DNA of 61,472 nt, the filler included, from Sluysia triapertura (Eukaryota), in the NCBI GenBank assembly GCA_046118255.1. It is 5 parts of 5 records of this genome, joined end to end, with 100 filler letters (N's around TTAATTAATTAA, not from the genome) between each part and the next. Parts side by side here need not be neighbours in the genome. Positions count along the whole stretch, not along the records: positions 25,502 to 38,900 come from JBJNIA010042244.1; 4 more parts are not named here. One strand, written 5' to 3'. The notes beneath the pieces were generated by a model. That model searched no databases. It saw only the letters and a list, made by a program, of their open reading frames with translations, and was not told the DNA's origin. Shown piece after piece: positions 26,573-39,000 of the stretch (within the stretch, counting starts at the first letter, position 1; every line of letters starts with the position of its first letter). A program made the position numbers and the translations under genes.

Positions 26573-28266
26573 TATAGTATGTAAGGTTTAAGATATTCAA
26601 ATATTGATGAAACCGAGTATTTAAAGGAAATGTTACTGAAATTTACTCTATTAATTGCGGAAAGATAAATCGACTTTTTGACTTAAATTTATGTTGTATT
26701 CATGATTACAAAATGACTAAAGGTTTATCTATTTATGATTATGAATTTAATGAAAATTGGACTGTCACGAAAGATAGCACACATGACAATTAAATAATTG
26801 TTTAACGAATCTTGTAGGACAATATATTATTTTACAAATCATTTCTTCAAGGTAACGCCGAACACCTAAAAAGATCTGTTAAACATAAAGTTTTATCTAT
26901 AAACTTTGTTGGTGAATGGTATATGTATTGTTTTTTATGTTCTAAATATGACGTTTCTTGTTTATAGGGTCAGTTGTCCTCACAAAATACACCAATATTT
27001 TGCTACACTTTACCCTATCGGTAATTTTCAAATTTAAACTTAATTTAAGTTTTCATCTAACAAATTTTACAGAAGAATTAATTTTAATAATTAATTAATT
27101 TTAAAATTAATTAAATCTTTTAATTAAATTAAATGCTGACTTAACAATTAACATATTAAACAAATTTACACAAATCTTAAATATTTTAATTATTAGAAAA
27201 CAAATTAACAATATATTACATTTTTTAACAATTAATAAACCAGTTAACACAATAGGCTTAAGGCCTTTAAACGAACAATAATATATTAAAACAAGACCAA
27301 CATAATTAAACTTAATTCTATTGTTACAACAAAATGTTTTAATAAACATGTATATAATATAATAAAGGGAGGTGAAATGTAAGAAAAGAAATCATAATGA
27401 TAACTACAATATAATTATTATATTTTAATATAATGATGTTGGTGATATTGAGATATTATTATAAGGATTACTATATGATAATCATGATCAACGTATATAC
27501 TTTTAGACGATGATGTTTATGATGTGTGGTATTATTATAAGAATTATTACAATTGGATTTAAAATGCAATAACTATAACTTATGATAATTATATACAATG
27601 GCTATGTTTGTTTTTGAATGAGTCAAGTAGTTTATTTAGTGTTCTTATGTGATGAAGTGTGTTTGTGATTTTGACGTGATTTCCCTACAAATAACATTAA
27701 CTTATCTAACGAACTCCTAAATTGACGCTCAAGTGGAGTAGATCTGGTAAGGTAATTGACCCAAATTGTTTCTCTTATTCTATTTTTCATAATAAAATTA
27801 GACAGTAAAATATATTGACACAATGAAAAGAAAATGATTCGTAAATTCAACCCAGGTTGTTAGATTAGACTAAATCTTTAAAGGCTAAGCAAAACTTTAA
27901 CTTGAAAAGTAACCGTTACTTTGTTTGTCTCCTTGATAATCCTTGTGTCAACACCACAGGTAACCAACGGCTGAAATTAAAATAATAATATTATTAATAA
28001 ATAATAATAATAAATTAAATTCACCTCAGATGACCTTAACTAAATGAAAATAAATAATAATAAAGATTAGTCATAATAAATGTAATAATTAACCTCATTT
28101 GACTTGATTTTCTTAAAAATAAATAATTATGATTCATCAATATTACTTACGGATAATTTATAAAAGTTCCATCTTCATTCTTTCTGTTTGTTCTATCATT
28201 TCTCTCTTTTCCGTCATCATTATCCAATTTTATTCCGTGATATTGTGGTAATACTTTCTTCAGTTT

Positions 28267-28556
28267 AAATACTTCGACTCCTTCCATATTCTTCAGACTC
28301 TTCATCAAAACTATCGTAATATTCCTGCCTACTTATGCCACGTTTCTCATAATTATAGTTTATTTGCCCCTTATTGTTCTTATTATTTCCCCTATCAAAT
28401 TTAACCTTTCTCGAGGAACTATTTAACTCTTCAGAAACAGTATTAGATTGTAGTTTCTTACAATTTCGTGCGTAATGACCTGGCTTATCACAATTATAAC
28501 AAATTATTTGACATCTATATTTGTCATCGTTACTGCTGTGATGGTTTATAGTTGAT
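28267..28556 (-). other. CCHC zinc knuckle-containing reading frame (gag-like or RNA-binding fragment)
   Basis: CYNCDKPGHYARNC at 28501-28460 in a stop-free frame that lacks a start codon. Confidence 0.6.
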
Positions 28557-28707
28557 TACCTTAATAAATTCACTTAAGATTTTTAAAAATTTATTATCAC
28601 AAATATATCATATTGAGAAAAGTTATATTTACTAATTAAATTATTTAAGAAAACTATTCTAAGATTTAACGTATTACACAAAAACAAAATTAAAGATCTA
28701 ATTTTAT

Positions 28708-30170
28708 TTATATGTTAATGTTGATCAATCTTCCAATATATATTCTGCTAGACCATGTTTCAACTACTGAATAAAAAGATATAATTAAATTATCATCATC
28801 ATCATAATCATATTTATTAATTACTTCAACTTCATCTGATATAGGTTCATCGAATTGTATTTCTGTGCAATCTTTAATAGATACTTTGAATTCCGTTGTG
28901 GATGGATACTGTGCTTGAACGAAAAAGTTTATAGATTCCAGTAAGCCTTTTATTCGATCGAGATGAATGTTGGTAACTGCTGGGTTAATTTCTATTTCTT
29001 TGATCTCTCTGATAGAGTGTAAGTACTTACATTTCATACCGTACTTTTGACAATTACCATATTGCGTAATCTCATATGGGCATAATGCTGTCTTATAATG
29101 TTTATCGAGATTTGAAATTCTTACTTGGAATTTTAAATCGTGGAGTATTGAGATTACTAATACTGATTGACAATTCAATGTCTTCAAAGTCTAATCTTAT
29201 AAGTCAGATTCAGCATAATAGGCGCATCAGTCGATTTAAAGATATTTTGTTCACGTTTTTTGTTAGAATGATGCTGGTATGCATTTTATCTATAAAGGAT
29301 TCATAATACTGTGTATCAGGATATTCTTTAACAGAAACTAAAACATTAGATAGGTATGATTTAACCATATAATGTATTAATATTTCGCATAATATTCTAA
29401 AAGTATCTCTTCCTAGGACATCATTTACCATAGTACAGACATAAAATGTCAAGCATGTTGGAAAATTACTTACTGTTTCGACATTAACAAATTGTGGATC
29501 ACGTAACAAAAATCCGAATTTCTTTTAAATTTCACCATTGCATGTTGAATAAATTTGTATTTCTTTAAAAATCTTTTTATTTTTCTTCTTGCTTTTATTG
29601 CTAGCTTTTGGTGATACATTTCGTAAATGTTTCTCAATGTCTTCACCTAATTGATAACTTATCATTTTATCTGCCCCATCAATTACAAAATGTTGAATAG
29701 AATAATAAATTTCTTAGATTTGATTAGTCTGATCAAGATTCATTAAAATTAGACCAGGAGTAGCTAGTATAATGCGAATATCAGAAATACTAAATTCTGT
29801 CCTATCTATATATCCAGTCAAACGCATTCTTTTCAAATTTAATCCTTCATTCATTTTTAAAAACTCACAATACTCTTGTATTACTAATTCAACTGGGGGA
29901 ATTAAAATCATTAAGTACATAAATGGCTGATCTTTGTGCAAACATCGTTGAATAACTTGAATACAATAACGAGTTTTTCGCTGCCGGTTCCAGATAACCC
30001 ACGAACATGTCTGTTTCAATAATAATGGCGTAGCATGTTGTTGAATTTGAACCGGTTTTGACCATTTAGAAATATAATCTAAAAGTTTAGATATGTTAGG
30101 TACGGTTGTTAACATTATTGAGATAAGGTATCAGTGCTCTAAATTTTTAAATGATAATTCTCCATTTGTT
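28708..30170 (-). pseudogene. Intronless DEAD-box helicase-like + CCCH zinc finger pseudogene (TDRD12/Yb-like architecture)
   Basis: Q motif (SFKNL...KPVQIQQHATPLLL), Walker A in a shifted frame (RHVRGLSGTGSEK), motif Ia (LILIPPVELVIQ-like), Ib (IILATPG), motif II as FVIDGADKM, motif III region IYSTC..LLRDPQFVNV, then YKTALC-x9-C-x6-C-x3-H. Contains in-frame stops (e.g. 29714) and frameshifts; no introns are needed to join the motifs. Confidence 0.75.
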
Positions 30171-32599
30171 TTTGTTTTTTTCAACAACTGCTTATTTTTG
30201 TTAATTTTTAATTTTTCTTTTGCTTGGACGTGCAGTTAAAGCAAAAATATAGAATAATATGATTGATTGGACGTTCAATCAAATATACTAATGAGATACA
30301 AACATTTGTGCAACGGACACTCAGCAAATGTCATCAGTCGACAGTTTATGCGATATTTTGACTTGATTTAATTGAGTTACCGTTGACTGGTGACAGATTA
30401 TATTACTAAAATTGATGGTCTCAATAATAATGCTTTTATAATACTAATTAAATGATTAAAAATAATAATAATTGATATAATAAATAGTTAATTAAAATGA
30501 AATAGTGATAATAATTATAATTAAATGTTTACAAAGAAAATAAAAATTAAAATATAAAATGTGCATAAATTCTTTTATTCTATCAACATAAACTTTTCTT
30601 TCGAACTTGAAAATTTCTGAACGTAAGCTTAATATGATTCTTTTAAGTTAATTCCTTTAAGTAAAATTATTTTTTGTTCTTTTATTTGTTGCTTAAATAT
30701 ATACTTCATTTCTTTCCTTAAATGCTTTTTGGAATATTGGTTGTAATTCTTATTTACTTATATTTGCTGATTATAAGATATGAATTATAGAAGGAATGTT
30801 ATTTTGATTGCAATGATTTCAAAGTTTTAATTTAATATTTTTCAGTGATATTTGAGATTGAATGTTAAAGGATTGTACATTTTGAGGTGTATATTTGATA
30901 GTATAAGATGTGAATTGTAATTCTGGTGATATGAAATTGTGGATTAAAATGTTGTGAATAAAATTTAATGTGTGTTGATGGTTTTGAATGTATGTGTGGT
31001 TTTGATGTTGTAAAGTTGTAAATTTAAAATGCTTTGAAATGAAAATAGTTTTAATGGGTCTAAAAAACATAAAGTATAGGAAAGGTTTTGATACATTCTG
31101 AAAAGGTAATTGTTCAATGTTAATGGATATACTTACGATTGTAATGTTATGGAATTATGAGTTAAAATGTTTTTTTATTAAATTTAAGGTTTTTAATGGA
31201 TCTAAAAGGTAAGATGTAAGATGTTAGGAGATATAATATTTTTTGTGAAATAATTTTAATTTTGAATGAGAGGTTAGCCACCACAACTGCTTCTACCAGG
31301 TGTCTTATTCCGATTAAAATTATTGCTTTGATTATTTTGCACAACAATGCATAACAAAATCACTCTTCAGAATATTTCATAATTGTTGTTACTTTCAAAC
31401 ATTCTAAATATAAAATTTCATAACATCAAAATTATATTCAACATCATAAATCATCAAAAACAGACTTAAAAAAATTAATGCAAAACATTTCAAATTAATT
31501 TAACATATCGCACATAAAACCACATTCCATAATATTTTACCTATTTTACTATGAAAACTTTTTTCATATTTTATTTCTTTCAGATCCACTAAAACCATTT
31601 TTCATACTTCAAAACATTTTAAAGTCACAATCTTCCAACATCCAATCTTTACTTTCATTCAAAACCATCAATATACATTTAAAAATCCATTTAAAACATT
31701 TTTATTCATTATTCATTATTCATTTGTCATTTTTATTCAGTCAAAGAAATAAACATGTCACCTTCCAACTACAAAATAACATATTTCATCTTATACCTTC
31801 ACGTAATCAAACATGTATCATACGTAAATCAAATAATAAAAAGCTTAAGAAAACACAAAAAAAGTACCACAAACTTAGATAATAAGACCAAAAAATCTCA
31901 AAATAATAAAAGGAATAATATAAGTTCATACGATAACATCATCATACAATCAACAAATAAAGATTACTATCCTATAAACACACAAAATCTTATAAAGAAC
32001 AAAAAGAACGATACATATTCACATAATAACAATCAAAATGAAATACAACACAACCTCTACCATTCAAAACAAATAATAAATCGCTTTACAGTCATGTCAC
32101 CAATTCATGTAATAATTACAAATCCTCACAAAACCTAGTAAAAACACAAATATTGATGCATATAACAATATCACCGAACTGTCAACAAACCGCACAACAT
32201 TAATTTCATCTTTCAAAACAAACAACAAAATAAAACTCAAAAATATTTTACACAAAAATCTTTTAAACAACTAAACACAACTCCTACTTATAAAATTAAT
32301 AAAATTTTAAGTTATGAGTTTTCCACCACCTCAGCCACATCTTCGAATCGCGCTACAAACGCAGTCCATGGCAAAAATAATATAACAAAAGGGTTTAGTC
32401 AACCACAACCTATCCAGGAGCGCAAATTACAATTCGCGTGATCCTCAAATGAGTATAAAATAAATAGTGTCAGGAGTTCAAAGGAACCCTGTTATTTTCT
32501 GAATACACCACAATCTTATCTTAGGCCTCGATTTGGTCTTTGTTGGTTGTAGAATTACAATTGATTAATTTGTATCGAAATTAATAAATTGTTCACTCG

Positions 32600-33147
32600 T
32601 TCTAAATGGTCATTGAAAATATCTTCAAGGAACATTGTTGAACATTGTGGCTGTATGGACATAAAAGTCCAAATTTAAGACATACTAAATTTATCTGCAT
32701 GGAATGGGCATAGTGCTCTCGTTTTGTGACTTGCGTAAAATTCACATTTGTTCTGAATCCCCAATGTCACGTAAGATGATATAATCATAGGATCATCGAT
32801 GTTGATAATGGTCTCTTAGTTTTGTATGATGAAACTTTCTGTAGTTTAATACTGAATGTTTTCTTTCCTTTTTAAAAATTAACTGATTCTCCTTTTCAAA
32901 AATGTTGAGTATTTTTTAACTAATAATATTAACTAGTGCTAAATTATATTTGAGTTTTGTAAATAGTTAAATAGTTCTGAATTCTTTTAATTTTTCACTT
33001 TCTGACCAGCCATTTGTTTCAGCAATGCTGTCGTATATTCGAATAAGAAGTCACATAATTCTTCTTCTGCTTCGATAAATTTACGCATTTCTGGGAGTGT
33101 GTTAACTGTGTCATATATGTTTTGAAATCTTCAACTGGTAAAGCCAT
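32600..33147 (-). mobile_element. Gypsy gag remnant
   Basis: MALPVEDF... then a frameshifted RIYDSIAETNGWSESEKL, a typical Gypsy gag N-terminal motif, about 200 bp downstream of the PBS. Confidence 0.6.
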
Positions 33148-33343
33148 TTTTATTTTCTTATTTTCTTTAAGAATATTTTCCAGTGAAATATGTCTTATAA
33201 GACCGCTGCGATTTTCTTTACTATCTATTCTTAACTTACTTAATTTACTTATAATCTCAGCTTAAAGTATCCACTGAAAAGTCTTATAAATACTTACTTA
33301 AAAACTTAATAACTTAACTACATGTAATGTTTGATGCTGTGTT

Positions 33344-33361
33344 GTCCCAATTCGGGCGCCA
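33344..33361 (-). promoter_or_regulatory. LTR-retrotransposon primer binding site (tRNA-Lys type)
   Basis: Minus strand reads TGGCGCCCGAATTGGGAC, 16/18 identical to the tRNA-Lys3 PBS TGGCGCCCGAACAGGGAC, and lies upstream of a gag-like start. Confidence 0.75.
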
Positions 33362-34609
33362 AAATTTTCTACTTTTTCTTATTTATTTAGTAAAATATAC
33401 AATACGATATACGATTTAAACCTGAGGAAAAGCAATTAAAAATCAAATGTAATCTTTCTATTTACGAACAATCCTCAAATAATATTATGTTTCTTTCTAT
33501 GAATTTAAATCTACTCCTTAGATAAATCTTACTTTACTCGATGAATCCTTAACTTTTATAATCAATTCGATTAAATCTTGACCACTAAAACTTTATTTGA
33601 AAATCTAAGGACTTTCACATAATATGTTACTTAATTTGCATGACCTAATGGAATAGTCTAAATTCTACTAATTCACAAGTGTTATTGAACAATTTTACTT
33701 AGATCCTCTTAAACCCTAAATTGTTGATAAATATAATTTCTTCGAAACGTCTTTTAATCCAACTACTTTTAATTAAGATATATGTCTTCTTTTATTACTT
33801 TCTTTATGAATTCACTAATGATTTAAATATAGCTTTAGGATAATTCTATATTCTATTGCTTTTAATTACCTCTTTTATTTATAAATATTCTTCTATACGA
33901 ATAATTGTTGAATAAATTGAGACAAATTTAAGTTATATCACAAAAAGGTGCTAAAAATCATAATACAAACGTTGACACAAAATATAAAAATCAAAAATGA
34001 TAATTAATTATGGCTAGAATTACTTCAAGCAAATATTTAGAGTTTAAAAATGAGATTATATTTAGCCTAAACTAAATGTTCATTAAGAGATCTTAAGTAA
34101 TATTTTGTCTTTCCTAATAGAAAGAATAACCTAATGATAATCAATTTACGGATAATTTAAATCAAATTAAATGAAGTTGATTGATATTCGATAATTGATC
34201 ATTTCCGACAATTATTAATCACGAATTTAAATGAAAATGTCCATTTACGAACTGTATTCTGTAAATTTTGTATTTATGTACCAATGTTTTGTAGTTATGC
34301 TAACATTTTTTATTGCCTTATTTTGTTGTGTTCGCGATTTCCCATATATTATGTTCGAGTATATTGTATTTATTTTTATATTCTTATTTTATATATACAT
34401 TGTGTTTCTGTGGAGGGCGAGAAATTTTTTAATTTATGAATTTTATTAACATGAAACATTAACTTGATTAAATAAAATTTATGAAATTTAAAACTATTTT
34501 TATTCTTATTTTTATTAAAAATTATTTTAACCAGAGACCTTTTTAACGTTATCGATTGTTTTTACAGGTTCTCTTTTATTGAATAATTGAATAGTAGCTC
34601 CGGTGTCAA

Positions 34610-34800
34610 AAGTTACTGATTTAATTACTTTGATTTTGCACCAATTGACTGTTCGATCTTGTCCAGCGATTGAGATAACAGCGGTTTGGTTCTCTTTATT
34701 TATTTTTATTACTTTGTACGGGCCGGATTTTCTGCAATCAACCAGACATATTCGCTATCGGTGATACTTTGCGGTATGTATACACGCGATTCATTGTTAT
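34610..34800 (-). mobile_element. Gypsy integrase C-terminal (GPY/F) remnant
   Basis: SRVYIPQSITDSEYVWL...SGPYKVIKINKENQTAVISIAGQDRTVNWCKIK. Confidence 0.7.
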
Positions 34801-36654
34801 GTACTGGTGATTTGTTTAATTTAAACTAATCTTTTATAGATATTTATTTACTCCTAGAATAATACATAGTGTTTAAGTAAAGCTAAACATTCATCATAAT
34901 TAAGAAACGGTTTGGATTTTTTATTTTTTAATTTTTGTTACTTCATCATAGGTTCCTGTAAAATTACTTGTCATTTAAACATTCAAACAAATCTCATTCA
35001 AATTCATTAAATAAAATCAACCAGTTGTCAATAAATATGTTAATATTGTTATTAACATATTGTCCTACCAAGTGTTGAACTTAAAGGTTATAACTCATAA
35101 TATAAAATAAAATAAGCATCATTGAGGAATCAAGATAAAACATTACGATGAATTGCGATAACAAAATAAGTGCATAAAAAATTTTAATCAAAACAAAAAA
35201 ATGAAAGATACGAAGAAATAACCCTTTATAAGGTTTTATTTGTTAAAATATTAAAATTCATTTTTTAATTAATTTAATTAAAATTTGTTTAATTCCATAA
35301 CTTAATGAAAAATGTTTAATCACGAATTTTATAAGTCGACGTAGATAACGTAAAAATTAGTTATTTTAATTAGTTTTTATAATTTAAAATTAAGGTTAAA
35401 TATGTTCAAATGATTAGGTAAAGTAAAGTATTGATCGAGTTTTTATTTAATTTAAACGTTTTAGCAAATATGATATTAAATTGGGTTCATCTATGATCAG
35501 TGGTTTACATCGTAACAGAAGACGAAGTCACACGATTTCTTCGAAAGATTATGTTGAGTCTATAATGCACCTTAACAGAAGATGCTTAAAGATAAAATTC
35601 CTATCAATTTATTCGATAATTGTCACTTAACTGTTTATCTTGGTTTTATACAACTTTTATTTCGCTGAGAGTCAGTTTAGCACTTATAAAATTTATGGTA
35701 ATGCTTAATTTAATATATAATTCTTTAATAATAAGTTATTTAGGAGATTATTTAAATATAATGTTGCGATAATCATTAATAGAGTTAGTTTAGTTTGATA
35801 CTCTATTACTAGTAAAACAATATGAATAACTAAGATTAATGTAAACACAAAATAATGAGAATGTTATGAGAATATTGTTAAGGCTTTGGTTCTTAACTAA
35901 TTTGAATTTAAACTGAGCCTAATATTCTAGACTTTTAAAAGATATTGTAGTTTTTCTGTATTTTGACCCTTACGTTAAAGGGAGAACTTAAGTAAATATT
36001 AACTTATGACATAATATTGGTATTTATCAACAACAATATCGATGATTCCGAGTATAAATAGGTTCCGATTCAAATTAATCCCAATCAAAATATTCTAAAT
36101 TAAAGGATATAACTGTTTATATTCTAACTGTATCAACGTTTGTCGTAATTAACTTGTTGAAATTCTTATCAAATTTATCACGCTGTGTTTCCAAACAATC
36201 AAACCCGATCGATTATTTAACTTTCTTCACGTAACTATTCTTAATAATAATTGTGTTGTTTACAATTATTTTCTACCTTTTATATATGAATATGAATTTA
36301 AACCTAATTACGATAGTATTTGATATGGGTGTTACACCCAAAATGTAATTCTAATGTTTTTTAATGTACTCCCTAAATAATGAAAGTTACCTTAATTTTT
36401 AAAGTATATTTTATTAAACCTTATTTTTATTTATTTATTCAAATTAATTATATTTTTAATTTAAAAAAATAATCTTTTAAAAATAATAATTTTTTCTTCA
36501 TTGTTATTATGATTTTATACTCTTCCATTTCACATGCTGACAACTAATACCCTGACAGTTTATATTAAATTAATGCTCAAGTTCGTTATAAATGATAATG
36601 TCGGAATTTATTTTACTTTTTTCTTTGCTTATATCTTTAATATTTATTATATGT

Positions 36655-36815
36655 GAATCCTCTATGATATTGGACTTACACATTTAAGGTCCAATTCATA
36701 GATGTCAGCGTAAGAATATGATCGCACGTTTTACGGAGGTCAAAAAGTAAAATGTACTACTTGCAGTGATTTAGATCCGCTATATAGCGAGGTTATTTTA
36801 TATGATCCGGTTTTA
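36655..36815 (+). repeat. Structured interspersed repeat family B
   Basis: TCTATGATATTGGACTTACACATTTAAGGTCCAATTCATAGATGTCAGCG...ATCCGCTATATAGCGAGGT...GATCC. Confidence 0.75.
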
Positions 36816-38339
36816 AAGTTTTTTGAACTAATATAAGCAAATTTGAAATTATATTTCCTGTATTTCAAGGGTATTTTGTAACTATATAAAAATGGTCGAT
36901 ATTAGTGAGGTTGTTGAAAGAAAATCTTTAATTTTAAAAAATTATATTAATCAATTTGAAACTATCAATAAGAACAATAATATATGTAAATTTTGTAAAA
37001 CAGCAATATAAAATGTCAAAATGAACTTCAATAAACAATAATAAAAATTTTATGATACAACATTATATAATGTCAAATTGAAAATGAATTTCAATGCAAA
37101 ATAATAAATGCAATTGTAATTTTTGATAGTACAGCAATAGAACATCAAATTAAATAATTTCAATAAATAGTAATAAATACAATTGTATATTTTGATAAAA
37201 TAATATTTTAATAATATAATGATAATTATTTTGATATTATTGTTTTAATTCTTACAATAATCTTTACTAATATATTTAAAAAATGTTTTCGTATACGTAA
37301 CATAAAATTTACTATGATTTAAGTAAAAGTTTACGATTATTTTAAATATTTTTAACTCATTACTGGCCTTTGACGTAGTAATACGTCATTTTTATTCGAA
37401 ATTCATTAGCTGCTGACGAATTTTTGACATAACTTTGTGTTGCCATCAAACAGTCGATTAAGAATTTTTAGCGGCCAGTTATGAGTTAAAATAAAAGGGC
37501 TTACAATCAATAAAGTAACCAAATTATGGTTGAATAATAATAACTTGAAAATCTTCTAATCAATTAGATAAAACCTATCGCTTTGAAAAATTTTTGAAAA
37601 TTGCAATTATCACTTGTGAATAAGTACTTAAAGTAATCTGCTTGTAAATAAATGATTGCAATAAAGCGTTTTTAAACGTTATTTATAGTCAGTTTGCTTA
37701 TAAGGTCATTGGCATTATTTCAGTTTGATTTATACTAAATTTTGCATTCTGACCTTATTTTAACTGTTTAAGAATAAATAATTTACTAATAACAGTACAA
37801 TTAATAATATAAACTTTCATAAATGATAATAATAATAATAATGCTAAATATTAATAAAAAAAATAATAATGAAAATAATTTTTTAATAATACATAATATA
37901 ATAATAATACCTTTAATAAAATAATAATTGATTAATTAAATAATTATAACTATTTTCTCATTTATTTATGCAAAATTACATATTTACAATTATCATTCTT
38001 TTACTAAATTAAAGTACAATTATCTTATTTTAGCCTTATCTTAATCATATTCATTTTACTCACACCATTCTACCTTAAAATAATATCAGTAAAATAATTC
38101 ACATAATAATTTTGCCAAGGAGCCTCCCAATAATTAAAATCTAATTAATAAAATATTAATAAAATTCTTAACCTAATTTCTCCAAAGACTCTAAATTTTA
38201 AAATAACATAAAATTAAAAAAAATAAAATAATAAAAACTTTACCCATAGGTGGAACATAGACTTGTATATTCTGTGCAAAATTTTTTGTGGATTGAAAAT
38301 TTTAAGTATTCTCTTTTATACTTTTTCATTATCCAATAA

Positions 38340-38900
38340 CTCTTGAGTTTTACAATCACACATTTTCACGCAAATCATTAGAACCTCCTTTGAGAATTAG
38401 ATCAGCAACAACGGTTTTATTAAGGTTCTAAAGTTATTTAATACTTTATAAGATACTCAGGTGTTCTAGATGCTTTCACGTTCACCACTCTGGTTCATTT
38501 TTATACTATATGTTAATTGTTAATAAATCATTGACTTAATAAAGTTACTCAAAGGTCTTAAATATTCTTAAAGGTTGATGAGGTCTCAAATGGTCTCAGG
38601 GTTCACAAGTTCAAGGATATATCAACACTATGGAGTTTTCGTTGTATTGTTGTGTCGTGATGGGTTGAGAGTCGTGTGTTGAAAAGCACTTTATGTGTCT
38701 AGATAGATCAAGAGTCTTATTCGGTTTATATTTATTAACAAGCCTTATGTCGTAGTTGTTCGCATTGTGATTAGCATTAAAGGGATTTGTGGCTGCTATG
38801 GTTACTCTAATGCCTAAAGTTGGTTCCTGATAATAAGATGGCCTATCGAAAAAATTTATCGGATTTTTGTTATTACTTATGGTCGAGTAACAATAAGGTT
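38340..38900 (-). pseudogene. Possible divergent DEDDh-like family member, truncated by assembly gap
   Basis: Open frame from the gap edge reads ...LGIRVTIAATNPF...IRLVNKYKPNKTLDLSRHIK..., similar to FMAFQYATNF...CVPCNSYNRHFHTEAHIKP of the 21.4 kb copy; stops follow downstream. Confidence 0.3.
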
Positions 38901-39000
38901 NNNNNNNNNNNNNNNNNNNNNNNNNNNNNNNNNNNNNNNNNNNNTTAATTAATTAANNNNNNNNNNNNNNNNNNNNNNNNNNNNNNNNNNNNNNNNNNNN
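38901..39000. other. Assembly gap with artificial six-frame stop linker
   Basis: N44-TTAATTAATTAA-N44. Confidence 0.95.

Noticed and set aside
26858-26882. Single family-A-like hairpin downstream of the helicase pseudogene
   Set aside because: Only one imperfect unit and no head motif; could be chance.
31755-32138. 127-aa N/K-rich ORF
   Set aside because: Low-complexity product of A/C strand skew with no recognisable domain.
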